A stretch of DNA of 64,000 bases, from the IMG/VR virus record IMGVR_UViG_3300010965_000004, positions 44,708 to 108,707 of that record; one strand, written 5' to 3'. Position numbers and translations under genes: made by a program. Origin of the DNA: a virus. Lineage: Duplodnaviria; Heunggongvirae; Uroviricota; Caudoviricetes. Numbering within the stretch: the stretch's first letter is position 1; the number at the start of each line of letters is the position of its first letter. Below, piece after piece: positions 9,936 to 19,631 of this stretch. The notes beneath the pieces are model-generated. The model was not told where the DNA came from. It did no database searches and saw nothing but the letters and a program-made list of their open reading frames with translations.

Positions 9936-10522
9936 AGTATTTCCTCAATAAATTTTGAATGCTTTTGCAAATTTTCTTTTGCTTGTATAACTCTTAGATT
10001 GGTCTCTACATGCAAACCACAAACTAATTTTCCTTTTAAAGGAATTATATGGTCTACATGATGTTCAATACCCGTTTCTAAAGTAAGTCTATCTCGTTCT
10101 TTATATATCTCTTTTATCGATTCTTTATTAGCCCAAGAGACAAAGGCTTTTTCTAGATGTAAAGTTCTTTTTCTAGATTTCGAAATATAATATTCCTTAT
10201 CTTTTAGGTATCGTTTTTTTGATCTTTCTTTTTCGTACTCTGGATTATTTTTCAACCATAATTTACGAGTTATTTCACAAGATGTTCTATTATCCAAATA
10301 ATATTTTTTGGAAGCTAGTTTTTTAGTTTCTTTGTTATCTAAATAATACGTTTTTTTCTGTTGTAATATTTCTTCTCGTTTTTTTTCGTATCGCTCTTTA
10401 TCTTGATCTTTGCGACACGACGAGCAACAATAGTATAAACCATCAGAAGTTTTTTTGTCTTTAGGAAAATTTTCCAAAGACTTTTCTTCCTTACATTTAT
10501 TACAAACTTTTGTTTCAGTCAT
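9932..10522 (-). CDS. HNH homing endonuclease
   Basis: 196 aa; HHVDHIIPLKGKLVCGLHVETNLRVIQ HNH motif, N-terminal CxxC; paralog of 2979..3560; ATGA overlap with rpoB start. Confidence 0.65.
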   Translation of the reverse strand: MTETKVCNKCKEEKSLENFPKDKKTSDGLYYCCSSCRKDQDKERYEKKREEILQQKKTYYLDNKETKKLASKKYYLDNRTSCEITRKLWLKNNPEYEKERSKKRYLKDKEYYISKSRKRTLHLEKAFVSWANKESIKEIYKERDRLTLETGIEHHVDHIIPLKGKLVCGLHVETNLRVIQAKENLQKHSKFIEEIL

Positions 10523-10778
10523 TTTTTTCTAGATAACTTATTATAACAAAATATTGAGTCATAAATCCCATTTTATCCTTTGTTAAAAGGACAATATCAT
10601 CACCGCGTATAGCTCTTGTCTCAATATCTGATAAAGAAGTTAAATCCCCTAAATCGTCTAAATCAAATTTTCCATATTTAACCGAATACCCTTGTAAATA
10701 CTTCTGGGCATTTCCACCCAGCTTATCCGTAATTCCCGGCATCGATAGTTCTTCTGTCATCATTCCTGGCATACTCAT
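10515..10778 (-). CDS. hypothetical protein
   Basis: 87-aa ORF in operon context, no motif. Confidence 0.35.
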   Translation of the reverse strand: MSMPGMMTEELSMPGITDKLGGNAQKYLQGYSVKYGKFDLDDLGDLTSLSDIETRAIRGDDIVLLTKDKMGFMTQYFVIISYLEKND

Positions 10779-12589
10779 TTAGGTGCTCCTTGATCCTTTG
10801 GTTTTGCTGGCTTCTCTGATTTACTAGGTGCTTGTCCAGATTGACCTTGTCCTCCTGGTTGCCCCGGTTGTCCAGGTTGCCCAGCAGAGCCACCTTGTCC
10901 TGGCTCCTTGACAGGTTTACCATCTGGGCCAATTTCTGGTTGGGCAGAAGCTGCTGTCTCATCCAGAATCTTAGCTGCCAGCAAATAGATAGTATAGTTT
11001 TCAGTCTTAAGCTGGTTAAGCATACTCATTCGTGTCATTTCATCAGCAGGATAAATCTGTTCAGCAACTGCTTGAGCTTGCAACATAATTTCTTTATAAC
11101 CGTCGTTTCCTTCCATTTGTTGTCCGAGGTCCTTAGCAGCAACAAAGTGAGCTTGATCATTTTCGTATTGAGTTTCAATTGCCACTCTTGTTCTTGTAAC
11201 AGACTCTTCCTTGATTTTTTCCTGTTCTTGATTGAAGTCAAGACCAATTTCTTCAAACAGAGTAGTTTGAGAAGCCAATCCACCTTGAGCCAATTGCGAC
11301 AACAGAACCTTGAAATTATCATCGTCAAGTAACTTAAATGGAACCAGACCAACATCAATCTTTTCCAGAGTTAAGTAGGCAGCAACCTTATCCACTACCC
11401 ATTCAATTAAATCAGTTAATCTACCGATATAAGAAGTAAGTAGATTCTCCATCATCCTTAGACCAATACTACTACTGGTCCAATTTGTGGTTCCACTTAA
11501 CAACTCCATTGAAACCCCAAGGGATAACAAAATACTTTGTTCAGCTTGTTGAATTTCTTGGGCAACTAAAAGGTTCTTCCCTTCTCCTCCAATCGGAGTA
11601 TACCCAACTGGAGTCGGGGCAATAAGTATGTGATTCTTATCTCTCTTATGTAAAAGAAGAGCCTGTTCCATGTTGGTCTTAAAAGTACGAAGACTCATAG
11701 CAATAACAGGATCAGAGTTTCCAGTTTGAGCCTGTGGGAAAATAACACGTAAAGGGTTTAAATATTCCGTAGCAATAGCTTCATTAGCCTTACGCAAAGT
11801 AGCTTGATAGAAAACCAAGGAGAACAAGGAAAGAAGTGGGGGAATAGCAATTCCCTCAACGGAACCTCCAGAGGAGATATTCTTTAAATGGAATAAGCTA
11901 CCCTTATCAAATTTAAAGTCCTGGTTGTGTCTAACGGCTTCAACAAATTCCCAAGGAATTGAATCTACAAATAATCTATCTCCCTTTTGAATCTTCAGCT
12001 TTACAGAGTTAGGAATCTTGTAATAAAACTCGCTCTCTCCAGTAATAGGGTTATGGCTAACTGCTATATGTTCCGGGTTCCACTTGATGAAGTTCATATC
12101 CTCAATAGCTAACGACTTAGTATCTCTTCGTTTAAAGATACCTGTGAAATTACAGTGTGGGCATGAGCCACTAAACTGGTATTGTTTAAAAACTAACCAC
12201 GGAGCTTTTTTTACATTATATACAGCTTTGCACATAGGACATTCAATTTCTCTATGAATAGGGAAGTAGATTGAAACAAAGACATTACCTAAGGTAAAGA
12301 AATCGAAGCCAGCATCCTGTAAAGCCTCTTTGAGCTTGAACGATTTTACAATTTCCTTGTAACGTTTCTTTGTTCCTTCTTGTTCTGTATTGAATGTGAA
12401 TTCGGTAATAGGATAGGTCGCCAACTTTCTGATAACTTCAGAAGTAGTAGGAGACTGTATAGTAATATACCTAGCCCAACGAATAACATCGTGTAAGTTT
12501 CTTGGTACGAATTGATTAGCGACAGTGAACCAAGGGTTAGTTTGTTGCCCACCTTGACCCTGTTGGAACGGTAAATTTGGAATGTCCAT
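10775..12589 (-). CDS. hypothetical protein with zinc ribbon and Gln/Pro/Gly-rich C-terminal tail
   Basis: 604 aa; CPMCK...CPHCN ribbon; tail GQPGQPGQPGGQGQSGQ; first gene of the minus-strand RNAP operon. Confidence 0.45.
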   Translation of the reverse strand: MDIPNLPFQQGQGGQQTNPWFTVANQFVPRNLHDVIRWARYITIQSPTTSEVIRKLATYPITEFTFNTEQEGTKKRYKEIVKSFKLKEALQDAGFDFFTLGNVFVSIYFPIHREIECPMCKAVYNVKKAPWLVFKQYQFSGSCPHCNFTGIFKRRDTKSLAIEDMNFIKWNPEHIAVSHNPITGESEFYYKIPNSVKLKIQKGDRLFVDSIPWEFVEAVRHNQDFKFDKGSLFHLKNISSGGSVEGIAIPPLLSLFSLVFYQATLRKANEAIATEYLNPLRVIFPQAQTGNSDPVIAMSLRTFKTNMEQALLLHKRDKNHILIAPTPVGYTPIGGEGKNLLVAQEIQQAEQSILLSLGVSMELLSGTTNWTSSSIGLRMMENLLTSYIGRLTDLIEWVVDKVAAYLTLEKIDVGLVPFKLLDDDNFKVLLSQLAQGGLASQTTLFEEIGLDFNQEQEKIKEESVTRTRVAIETQYENDQAHFVAAKDLGQQMEGNDGYKEIMLQAQAVAEQIYPADEMTRMSMLNQLKTENYTIYLLAAKILDETAASAQPEIGPDGKPVKEPGQGGSAGQPGQPGQPGGQGQSGQAPSKSEKPAKPKDQGAPK

Positions 12590-12673
12590 ATAATATCCTA
12601 ATAAGTTTAACTATTTTATTTTAAGACAATTGAAGACATAAGTCAAGAATAGTTAGATTACGTTAAAACCTTG

Positions 12674-12695
12674 TGGTATAAGAAGTACAGAAGGG
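12674..12695 (+). promoter_or_regulatory. conserved phage promoter
   Basis: TGGTATAAG at 12674-12682 before gene 12716. Confidence 0.45.
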
Positions 12696-12715
12696 AAAAT
12701 TAACTTGGAGGAATC

Positions 12716-13177
12716 ATGAATAAAGAATTCAAAGAGGTCTTAGCAGAAGCAATAGAGGGGTGTATAGATTTTGAGTACTCATTTTGTCACTCTATGTGCA
12801 ACCTTCAACCTGGGGAACAATGTACCTGTAAGGAAGTGTGCGAAAAGTTAAATAACCGGGAGCAATCCTGGTATAAGGAAAGTGTAGAGATTAATAGCTC
12901 TGCGCCAACATCATCAACTACTGAGGAGCCAATCCAAATGAACGACGAAACGAACACCCCGAACAACGAACAATCGACGGCTAGCAAGGCCAAGGAAGCA
13001 GCTGGTAAGGCCAAGGAATCGGTCAAGGGTTTCTGGGCGGCAACGAAGGAAGGCTACATGAAGTATCGCGGCACGATCAACATGGCCGTCGGCATCGCCA
13101 TTGGCGTGGCCAGTACCGTGGCCTATGATCAGCGCAAACAAGCTGCTCCGGCGGCAACCGAAGGCTCCGAGTCCTAA
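12716..13177 (+). CDS. hypothetical protein (Cys-rich N-part, GC-rich C-part with hydrophobic segment)
   Basis: 153 aa; strong composition shift to GC-rich codons after ~12950; RBS GGAGGAATCATG. Confidence 0.4.
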   Translation: MNKEFKEVLAEAIEGCIDFEYSFCHSMCNLQPGEQCTCKEVCEKLNNREQSWYKESVEINSSAPTSSTTEEPIQMNDETNTPNNEQSTASKAKEAAGKAKESVKGFWAATKEGYMKYRGTINMAVGIAIGVASTVAYDQRKQAAPAATEGSES

Positions 13178-13285
13178 ACGGGATTCCCTGGGCTGGCTCT
13201 CCTAACAAGGGGAGTCAGTCCTTGTGTCTTTCGGAGTTTCTTTTTTTAATAAATAAAGGTATAATTACAATACGAAAGGAAGACT

Positions 13286-13621
13286 ATGATTTCATTTTTA
13301 ATCAAAGATAATGATGGGATACGCAAGTTTCTCGAGGGAGACGATGAGTATATACCTACATCAGAACTATGTTATCTTCACACTCACACTCTTATCAGAC
13401 CTAACTTTTTAACTGAGATACAAGATCTGGTTGAAAAGGTTGGTGAGAAGATAGTTGCCAAGAACATTACCGGCAAACCAATAGACACCCTTGAAGAGTT
13501 AGCTATAAAAATAGGGCTAGAATTGAGTGACGGATCTCTTTCGAATGAGGGAGCCAAGTCAGTTCTTTTCTCCCTTCGCAGACTTTATAAGCTTTGTAAT
13601 GACTTGGACAAAAAACTATGA
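13286..13621 (+). CDS. hypothetical protein
   Basis: 111-aa ORF. Confidence 0.4.
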   Translation: MISFLIKDNDGIRKFLEGDDEYIPTSELCYLHTHTLIRPNFLTEIQDLVEKVGEKIVAKNITGKPIDTLEELAIKIGLELSDGSLSNEGAKSVLFSLRRLYKLCNDLDKKL

Positions 13622-13797
13622 GTCAAGAACGAGATACCTTTGCAAAGGTTGAATGGAGAATAGATGATATTCTTACTTTGAAACCTGATTGGACCGAAGA
13701 GCAGTGTATAGAGTTCCTGGAAAGAATCGAAACGAATCTCCAGGATAGAATGATAGAACGTGGCTGGGATGTAATAGAATGTCTTTTCCCTAACTAA
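13618..13797 (+). CDS. hypothetical small protein
   Basis: 59 aa, ATGA-coupled to upstream ORF. Confidence 0.3.
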   Translation: MSQERDTFAKVEWRIDDILTLKPDWTEEQCIEFLERIETNLQDRMIERGWDVIECLFPN

Positions 13798-13819
13798 TAA
13801 ACAGATACAAAGGATTATT

Positions 13820-14011
13820 ATGAATTCTGAAGATGAACTGATCGAGTTTTATAAAGACCACGATATTATTATTGAGACTGATCTCTTAGGAGACTTCTAT
13901 GCTCATGACCCGTTGTGCATATTTTTTAGTCCATCCTTTACTACTGTTCCTTCAGTCAATTCATGGATGTCATTAAACCTTGCTTCTTTACGAAAGAAAC
14001 TAACACTATGA
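13820..14011 (+). CDS. hypothetical protein
   Basis: 63-aa ORF. Confidence 0.3.
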   Translation: MNSEDELIEFYKDHDIIIETDLLGDFYAHDPLCIFFSPSFTTVPSVNSWMSLNLASLRKKLTL

Positions 14012-14493
14012 GATACAAAGGTAAATTGCTTCTGGAGTTTACTAAGGAAGGCGTTTGGTTTCCCTATAAAGGAGATGAGGTTCTACGCTCTTGGCCTTGG
14101 AAAAAGATAGATGGGAATAACAAGTATAGGTGTTCGTCTCGTCTTGGTTCTTATTTAAATTTTGCTAACTATAAAGCTAGCCTTGATGAACGAGGAGTAG
14201 TAAATGGAAAAATTACAGGGTTTAGCCTATCTCATATTATTCTTAATTGGGCTGGCATTCATCTGCGTAGCGGTTTTAACGTGGTACTTTTTGATGTTAA
14301 TGTTAATAGTCGTAACTCTGACTTTTGGGACCGTATACCGGATTTTCAAAAGAAGCAGTTGACTAAGGATGTTGTAGTATTGAATTGCAAGGATATGAGA
14401 GAGGTTAAGCATCTTTGTGATTCCATTAATATGGACTTTGCTATTGCATTAGGGTTTGATCATGGTCGATTGAAGTGCTGGAATGAAGACTAA
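14008..14493 (+). CDS. hypothetical protein
   Basis: 161 aa from ATG 14008 (ATGA-coupled); the track's longer 13963 start is less likely. Confidence 0.4.
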   Translation: MRYKGKLLLEFTKEGVWFPYKGDEVLRSWPWKKIDGNNKYRCSSRLGSYLNFANYKASLDERGVVNGKITGFSLSHIILNWAGIHLRSGFNVVLFDVNVNSRNSDFWDRIPDFQKKQLTKDVVVLNCKDMREVKHLCDSINMDFAIALGFDHGRLKCWNED

Positions 14494-16493
14494 TGATAAT
14501 ACAAACTACAGCAGATGGTAAGAACGTATTATTTAACCCAGAGAACTTAAAGGAACGAAGACTTCTAGAAGCAATGCCTGCTTTCTCTAGGCAGGGGTTG
14601 AATATCTTCGTTCCCAATAAGAAGAGTATTGTCTATAACCTATATACTCGCTGTCGTAAGAAAATCAAGGATATAAAATATACCTCTGAAATCAAAGCTT
14701 TACTAGAGGGGGATATCAAGTTAAAAGAGATTCCTTCAGAGTTTCTATTCCACACAACTCCCTTACCACATCAACTAATTGCTCTACGGTTCGCTTACAC
14801 CTTTGGGTGCTTTGGGCTACTACTAGAACCTGGACTTGGTAAGACCAAGATTATCCTGGATTTTATCTGGTTGATGCAATTAAAGAAATCTTTGATCATC
14901 TGCCCTAAGCCCCTTCGCTTCGTATGGGAAGATGAAGTTGTCAAACATAGACCTGAGCTAAAGATATATGTTATTAAGACTACTGATTGGGAATTAGAGA
15001 AGAAGGAAGTATTGGCTGCGGATGTAGTTGTCATTAACTATGATAAAGCAGTTGCTCTCCTGGAAGTTCTGCAGAAGCTCCAGTTCGATTTCTTAGGAGT
15101 AGATGAGGGACTCATCAAGAATCCTTCTACGGATCGAACCAAGGCCATTACAAAGCTTTCTAAAGGCATACCTGCTCGTAGTATTATGTCAGGAACTCTG
15201 GTTAACAACTCCCCGCTAGATATCTTTGCCCCTATCAGAATGATTGAACCTTCTCTGGTAGGAGAGGCATTTGGAAAGTTTAGAGACGAGTATGCAATCG
15301 CCAGTAGACATAACAGATACATTACTGTTGGGTACCGAAATGTAAACGAGGTTAAGGACATACTAAGTTCTTGTAGTATCATAATGAAGAAAGAAGAATG
15401 GTTAAAAGATCTTCCGCCAAAAGAGTTTAAACATATATACGTTCAAATGGGGGATCAACAACGTGATTACTACCAAAAGTTAGCGAACAATTATCTTCTA
15501 CAACTTGAAGATTTAGGAGCTGAAGTAGAAGTAGATAACCCTTTAACCGTCCTTATAAAACTAACCCAAATTTCAAATGGTTTTCTTTACTATCAGGAAG
15601 ACACAGATGAAACTTTAGAAGAGTTATACGGAAATGAACCAAAACGCAAAAGCAAGATTGACAGAAAGACTTATTTCTTCGAAGAACAACCAAAAGCCCT
15701 TGCCCTCATCAGTCTCCTCCGATCCGATAACTTTAAGTCGGAAGTCAACGCTGTCGACTTGGGAGAAGACAATAAGGCTAAACGCAACAACCCTAATGAG
15801 CACCCCTTACCACTTTTCGAGGGATCTACACACAGGGGAGCTACGAAGCATAGTGAAATACTTCACCCGAAGAGAGTTGGAAAATATAACTGGAAGATTG
15901 TTACCAAGGGATGCAATACGAATCTTTATAATGGATGCCTTTATTCACGACATCCAAAGAAACTTTCTACCAAACGTAAGTCTGTTACAAATAATGTGTT
16001 ATTTGAACCCGGTGCTAGACGAGCGATTATCTGGTTTAACATGGCCGCTGAGCTCAGTATCCTGGAGTCACATCTACGTGCGGCTGGAATATCCTTCCTT
16101 ACAATTTCAGGTGGAGATGGTCAATTAGGAGAAAAGGTTCATAGATTCAATAAAGATCCAAGTATAGGATACTTGTTATGTCAAGCTAAGACAATTAATT
16201 ACGGCGTGACTATTATGGGATCTGATGATGAAAGAGATGAGGATGCTTTACGAGAATTTGATTCGTTGGTTTCCGATGAAATCTTCTATTCTCAAAATTT
16301 CTCTCTTGAGGTCTTTCTACAACAGCAAGACCGCATTCACCGTATTGGACAAACACGTACATGTAGGTATTGGATTTTGTTAACTAACTCCCCTATTGAA
16401 CGTAGGATAGCTGAAAGACTGGAAGAGAAACTTCTTTGTAATAAAGAGATTCTAGTTGACATTTCCAAAGCACTTGACCTAAACGATTTATAA
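14493..16493 (+). CDS. SNF2-family helicase
   Basis: 666 aa; LLLEPGLGKTK (motif I), VDEG (II), QQQDRIHRIGQTR (SNF2 motif VI). Confidence 0.75.
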   Translation: MIIQTTADGKNVLFNPENLKERRLLEAMPAFSRQGLNIFVPNKKSIVYNLYTRCRKKIKDIKYTSEIKALLEGDIKLKEIPSEFLFHTTPLPHQLIALRFAYTFGCFGLLLEPGLGKTKIILDFIWLMQLKKSLIICPKPLRFVWEDEVVKHRPELKIYVIKTTDWELEKKEVLAADVVVINYDKAVALLEVLQKLQFDFLGVDEGLIKNPSTDRTKAITKLSKGIPARSIMSGTLVNNSPLDIFAPIRMIEPSLVGEAFGKFRDEYAIASRHNRYITVGYRNVNEVKDILSSCSIIMKKEEWLKDLPPKEFKHIYVQMGDQQRDYYQKLANNYLLQLEDLGAEVEVDNPLTVLIKLTQISNGFLYYQEDTDETLEELYGNEPKRKSKIDRKTYFFEEQPKALALISLLRSDNFKSEVNAVDLGEDNKAKRNNPNEHPLPLFEGSTHRGATKHSEILHPKRVGKYNWKIVTKGCNTNLYNGCLYSRHPKKLSTKRKSVTNNVLFEPGARRAIIWFNMAAELSILESHLRAAGISFLTISGGDGQLGEKVHRFNKDPSIGYLLCQAKTINYGVTIMGSDDERDEDALREFDSLVSDEIFYSQNFSLEVFLQQQDRIHRIGQTRTCRYWILLTNSPIERRIAERLEEKLLCNKEILVDISKALDLNDL

Positions 16494-16552
16494 AGTTAAA
16501 ATATCAATTCCAGGGCTGGATAGAGAAGCGATTCACTATCTAGCCTTTCTTT

Positions 16553-16580
16553 TGGTATAAGGAATTTGGAAGTAGAATAA
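16553..16580 (+). promoter_or_regulatory. conserved phage promoter
   Basis: TGGTATAAGGAATTTGGAAGTAGAA; RBS AAGGAGCCCAA. Confidence 0.5.
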
Positions 16581-16607
16581 ATTAACCTTTAACCAAGGAG
16601 CCCAATA

Positions 16608-16901
16608 ATGAGCGGTTATATAAACAGAGAAAAGGAACTCATTGACTTCAATGTTAATGACGAGGAACATCTCTATGCAGCGTCTTTGCTAGATATGGAT
16701 TGCAAACAACATCCCACCTTACGGTTTGCAATTCGTCCGCCTTTTCGCACGGTGGTTGACATGGCTAGATACGATATCTCCATGAAGACCTACCAGGACA
16801 TAAGGAGTATGCGTAATGCAAAATCTGAAAGCCCTGATAGCAACCTTAGCAATGTTGTTGTCCCTACTAAACCCAGCCTTCGGGCGGTCGTCAATACCTG
16901 A
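16608..16901 (+). CDS. hypothetical protein
   Basis: 97-aa ORF; 3' end overlaps SLT gene by ~85 nt. Confidence 0.3.
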   Translation: MSGYINREKELIDFNVNDEEHLYAASLLDMDCKQHPTLRFAIRPPFRTVVDMARYDISMKTYQDIRSMRNAKSESPDSNLSNVVVPTKPSLRAVVNT

Positions 16902-17502
16902 CCTCCCAGATAGATTGGTAATCGCTGCCGAAATGGTGGCATTCCATGATTTTCCTAAAGTGGTTGATATCTTGGCAATTGCCTTAATTGAATCCACCTT
17001 TAATGAAAGAGCCCAGAACAAGGTATCTAAGGGAATCATGCAAGTGAATCACGGACCTTGGGAGTTATTCGCCAATGTCCAAGCAGGAGTAAAACTGCTT
17101 AGAGAATATTATGAGATTCTCGGCAGCATACCTGCTACAGTCCAAGCTTACAACGTGGGAATCGGAGCCTACCTTAAAGGTAAACGAGTTCCCTCCTATC
17201 TAGCCAAATGGAGAAAAGCACATGAGCAAGTTTCTCAAAGGTATACTAACCGGCTTTTTCTTGGGAATAATCCTAATATCACTTTGTTACGAAGTGATCG
17301 GGTACCTGGAATTACCGGAAGTGTACTGGTCACAAACTTCCAATTCGCCGGTGAAGATTCGCTATGCGAATGGAAAAATCGAGAATGTGGAGAAGTCCAC
17401 GAAGCTCCCGGAGAAGTACCAACAGATCTGGGTGAAGTAGTTTTACAAACTGTGAAGGAGCCAATATGGGATTCGTCTTCTGGTTCTTCGTCGGACCCAT
17501 GA
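16816..17502 (+). CDS. lytic transglycosylase (SLT-domain endolysin) with signal peptide
   Basis: 228 aa; signal-like N-terminus; ESTFNERAQNKVSKGIMQVNHG = SLT catalytic motif; RBS AAGGAG; C-terminal ~90 aa low complexity. Confidence 0.6.
   Translation: MQNLKALIATLAMLLSLLNPAFGRSSIPDLPDRLVIAAEMVAFHDFPKVVDILAIALIESTFNERAQNKVSKGIMQVNHGPWELFANVQAGVKLLREYYEILGSIPATVQAYNVGIGAYLKGKRVPSYLAKWRKAHEQVSQRYTNRLFLGNNPNITLLRSDRVPGITGSVLVTNFQFAGEDSLCEWKNRECGEVHEAPGEVPTDLGEVVLQTVKEPIWDSSSGSSSDP
17222..17440 (+). CDS. hypothetical membrane protein embedded out of frame in 3' end of SLT gene
   Basis: 72 aa with N-terminal TM helix (FLKGILTGFFLGIILISLC); alternative frame inside 16816..17502. Confidence 0.3.
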   Translation: MSKFLKGILTGFFLGIILISLCYEVIGYLELPEVYWSQTSNSPVKIRYANGKIENVEKSTKLPEKYQQIWVK

Positions 17503-17584
17503 TCATATTTCTAGCATGGGTTCTGTTGGCGTCTGTTTTCATGGCGCTACTCCGAGGAATATTTGGAGGAAGTAAATAAGAAAG

Positions 17585-17621
17585 CTGCCAAATTCTGAAA
17601 CTAGGATTTGGCAGTTTTTTA
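17585..17621 (+). terminator. rho-independent terminator
   Basis: CTGCCAAAT-loop-ATTTGGCAG + TTTTTT. Confidence 0.55.
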
Positions 17622-18130
17622 TCCAAATGACAGAATGACAAATTTTTGTCGGAAAATACATACCCATAGTAAAAAATTTCCCATTTCACACTAAAAAATA
17701 TTTCAGTAGAAAATGCACTACTTTGGTGCAACTGAAGGGAAACCTAGTCCCTATTATATATATATTATATTTATAAAAATAATTATATATATATAAGGAC
17801 ACTGTCTGAATTATTTTTTAGTGTGAAATAAGTTTTTTTTGTAAAGGTAGGTATATGTTTTGGAAAAAAGCTGTCATTTTGTCATTTTTAATGTATTTAC
17901 TTTAATATTCAAATACTTAGCTCATGACAGTTCCCTGACAGAATGACAGCACTTTGTCACGAGAGAAGCTATTACCTTTGTTTGTTAGGTTTCTTGTTAA
18001 GCTTCTTCTGACAGAATTTTGTCGCTTTTTTGGTCTAATGACAGTTCTGACAGTTAGTGACAGAATTTTTTGTCAGTAAACTGTCATTGTGATATAATTA
18101 TTAGATGGAACTAGAATGTGAACTATGTAA
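17620..18130. repeat. non-coding AT-rich region with repeated TGACAGAAT / CTGTCA elements
   Basis: at least 4 copies of TGACAGAAT (~17627, 17937, 18010, 18060), GACAG palindromes, (TA)n tract at 17755-17795; no ORF. Confidence 0.5.
18064..18099 (+). promoter_or_regulatory. sigma70-type promoter (TTGTCA -35, 17-bp spacer with TGn, TATAAT -10)
   Basis: TTGTCAGTAAACTGTCATTGTGATATAAT upstream of gene 18216, overlapping the CTGTCA repeats. Confidence 0.5.
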
Positions 18131-18215
18131 GAAAATTTTCTATAAACCTGCTTGCTAGGCTAAAAGAGTAAAAAGAAATTTTTGCTCTAAAGAATGTTAT
18201 GATAAAGCTCAGAGT

Positions 18216-18605
18216 TTGCCAGGTAAGTTATGTAAAATTTGTGGTAACTACTTTAAACCTAAAGGTAGAGGGGATAGGTTTGTTACTTGCCCTACTGAAG
18301 AATGCCGAAGAAAAAATAAACAGGCCATAAATAATGGTAATTGGAAAGGTGGTAAAACTTCTTCCCGAAAACGGGAAATGTCTACAAAGGAATACAAGGG
18401 GTGGAGGAAGAGTGTATTCACTAGAGATAACTTTACCTGTGTTTTATGTGGTAAACGTGGTGGTCCTTTGGAAGCGGACCACATTAAACCTTGGGCTTAT
18501 TTCCCAGATCTTAGATATGATACATATAATGGCAGAACTCTTTGTAGAGATTGTCATAAAACAACATTTAAAGAGGTGTATAAATGGCGGGATATATTGC
18601 AGTAG
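18216..18605 (+). CDS. HNH endonuclease
   Basis: 129 aa; CVLCGKRGGPLEADHIKPW...GRTLCRDCH HNH motif. Confidence 0.65.
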   Translation: MPGKLCKICGNYFKPKGRGDRFVTCPTEECRRKNKQAINNGNWKGGKTSSRKREMSTKEYKGWRKSVFTRDNFTCVLCGKRGGPLEADHIKPWAYFPDLRYDTYNGRTLCRDCHKTTFKEVYKWRDILQ

Positions 18606-18898
18606 ATTTAGATGGAACCCTAGCTGAATATCATGGATGGGGCCCAATAGGTAAGCCAATACCTTTAATGGTTAATAGAGTAAAGTTCTGGCTCTCGAGA
18701 GGAATCGAAGTCAAGATCTTTACGGCTAGAGCGGTAGACCCAGCTTGGGTACCAGAGATTAAAGCCTGGTGTAAGCAACACATTGGTACTGAACTAGAAG
18801 TAACCAATGTTAAAGACTTGGCTATGATTGAGTTGTATGATGACCGAGCTAGACAAGTTGAGTTCAATACTGGACGAGTTATAGGAGAAGACATATGA
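18584..18898 (+). CDS. HAD-family phosphatase (Pnk-phosphatase-like)
   Basis: 104 aa; VDLDGTLA motif I. Confidence 0.45.
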   Translation: MAGYIAVDLDGTLAEYHGWGPIGKPIPLMVNRVKFWLSRGIEVKIFTARAVDPAWVPEIKAWCKQHIGTELEVTNVKDLAMIELYDDRARQVEFNTGRVIGEDI

Positions 18899-19070
18899 GC
18901 AATGAAACTGTACTTTACCCAAAAGCAGATGAGGTCATAAAGCTTTATCTCTCTGGAAATTGGGTTATTATTAGTAAGACAGATCAGTATAACCCTTTAA
19001 CCCCAGACTTACGCGGATGGGAAATTACTTGTAATGGTAACGTTACAGTACACCAGGATGGTATATGAAA
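18897..19070 (+). CDS. hypothetical small protein
   Basis: 57 aa, ATGA-coupled on both sides. Confidence 0.3.
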
Positions 19071-19631
19071 CAATACTTAGACGTAATGAAAACCATTTTA
19101 CTGAATGGTAGTGACTGGCAGGAGAATAGAACTGGTATTAGAACTAGGATGATACCCGGGGCTATGATGCAATTTAACCTAGCAGATGGATTTCCCGCAG
19201 TAACAACTAAGTGGTTAGCTTTTAACGCGGTTAAAGGGGAACTACTGGGATTTCTCCGTGGATACACCTCAGCAGCTCAATTCAGAGAACTTGGTTGTAA
19301 GATCTGGGATCAGAATGCTAATGAGAACGAAGCCTGGTTAAAGAATCCTAATCGTAAGGGGGAAGATGATCTTGGATACATCTATTCCAGACTCTGGAAT
19401 GATATGCCTCATGATTTGGTTACTAGCAAATGGAATCAAATTGATAGGCTTATTGATGGTATCAAAAAAGATCCAACCTCTCGCCGTTTAATTGTATCAG
19501 CTTGGCATCCAGAAGTTTTTGATCGTGCAGCGCTTCCACCATGTCATGCTCTATTCCAGGTCATCATTGAGCAGAGTACGAAGAAGATGCATATGACTAT
19601 GTATCAGCGCAGTTGTGATTTTTTCTTGGGT
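19065..19631 (+). CDS. thyA: thymidylate synthase, exon 1
   Basis: RTGIRTRMIPGAMMQFNL...VSAWHPEVFDRAALPPCHALFQ...YQRSCDFFLG; exon ends with U at 19631. Confidence 0.8.

Noticed and set aside
446-12589. Numerous small antisense/alternative-frame ORFs inside rpoB, rpoC, nrdJ, the SNF2 helicase and the moron genes
   Set aside because: Fully embedded in long, motif-supported genes; no RBS or promoter; typical ORF-finder noise
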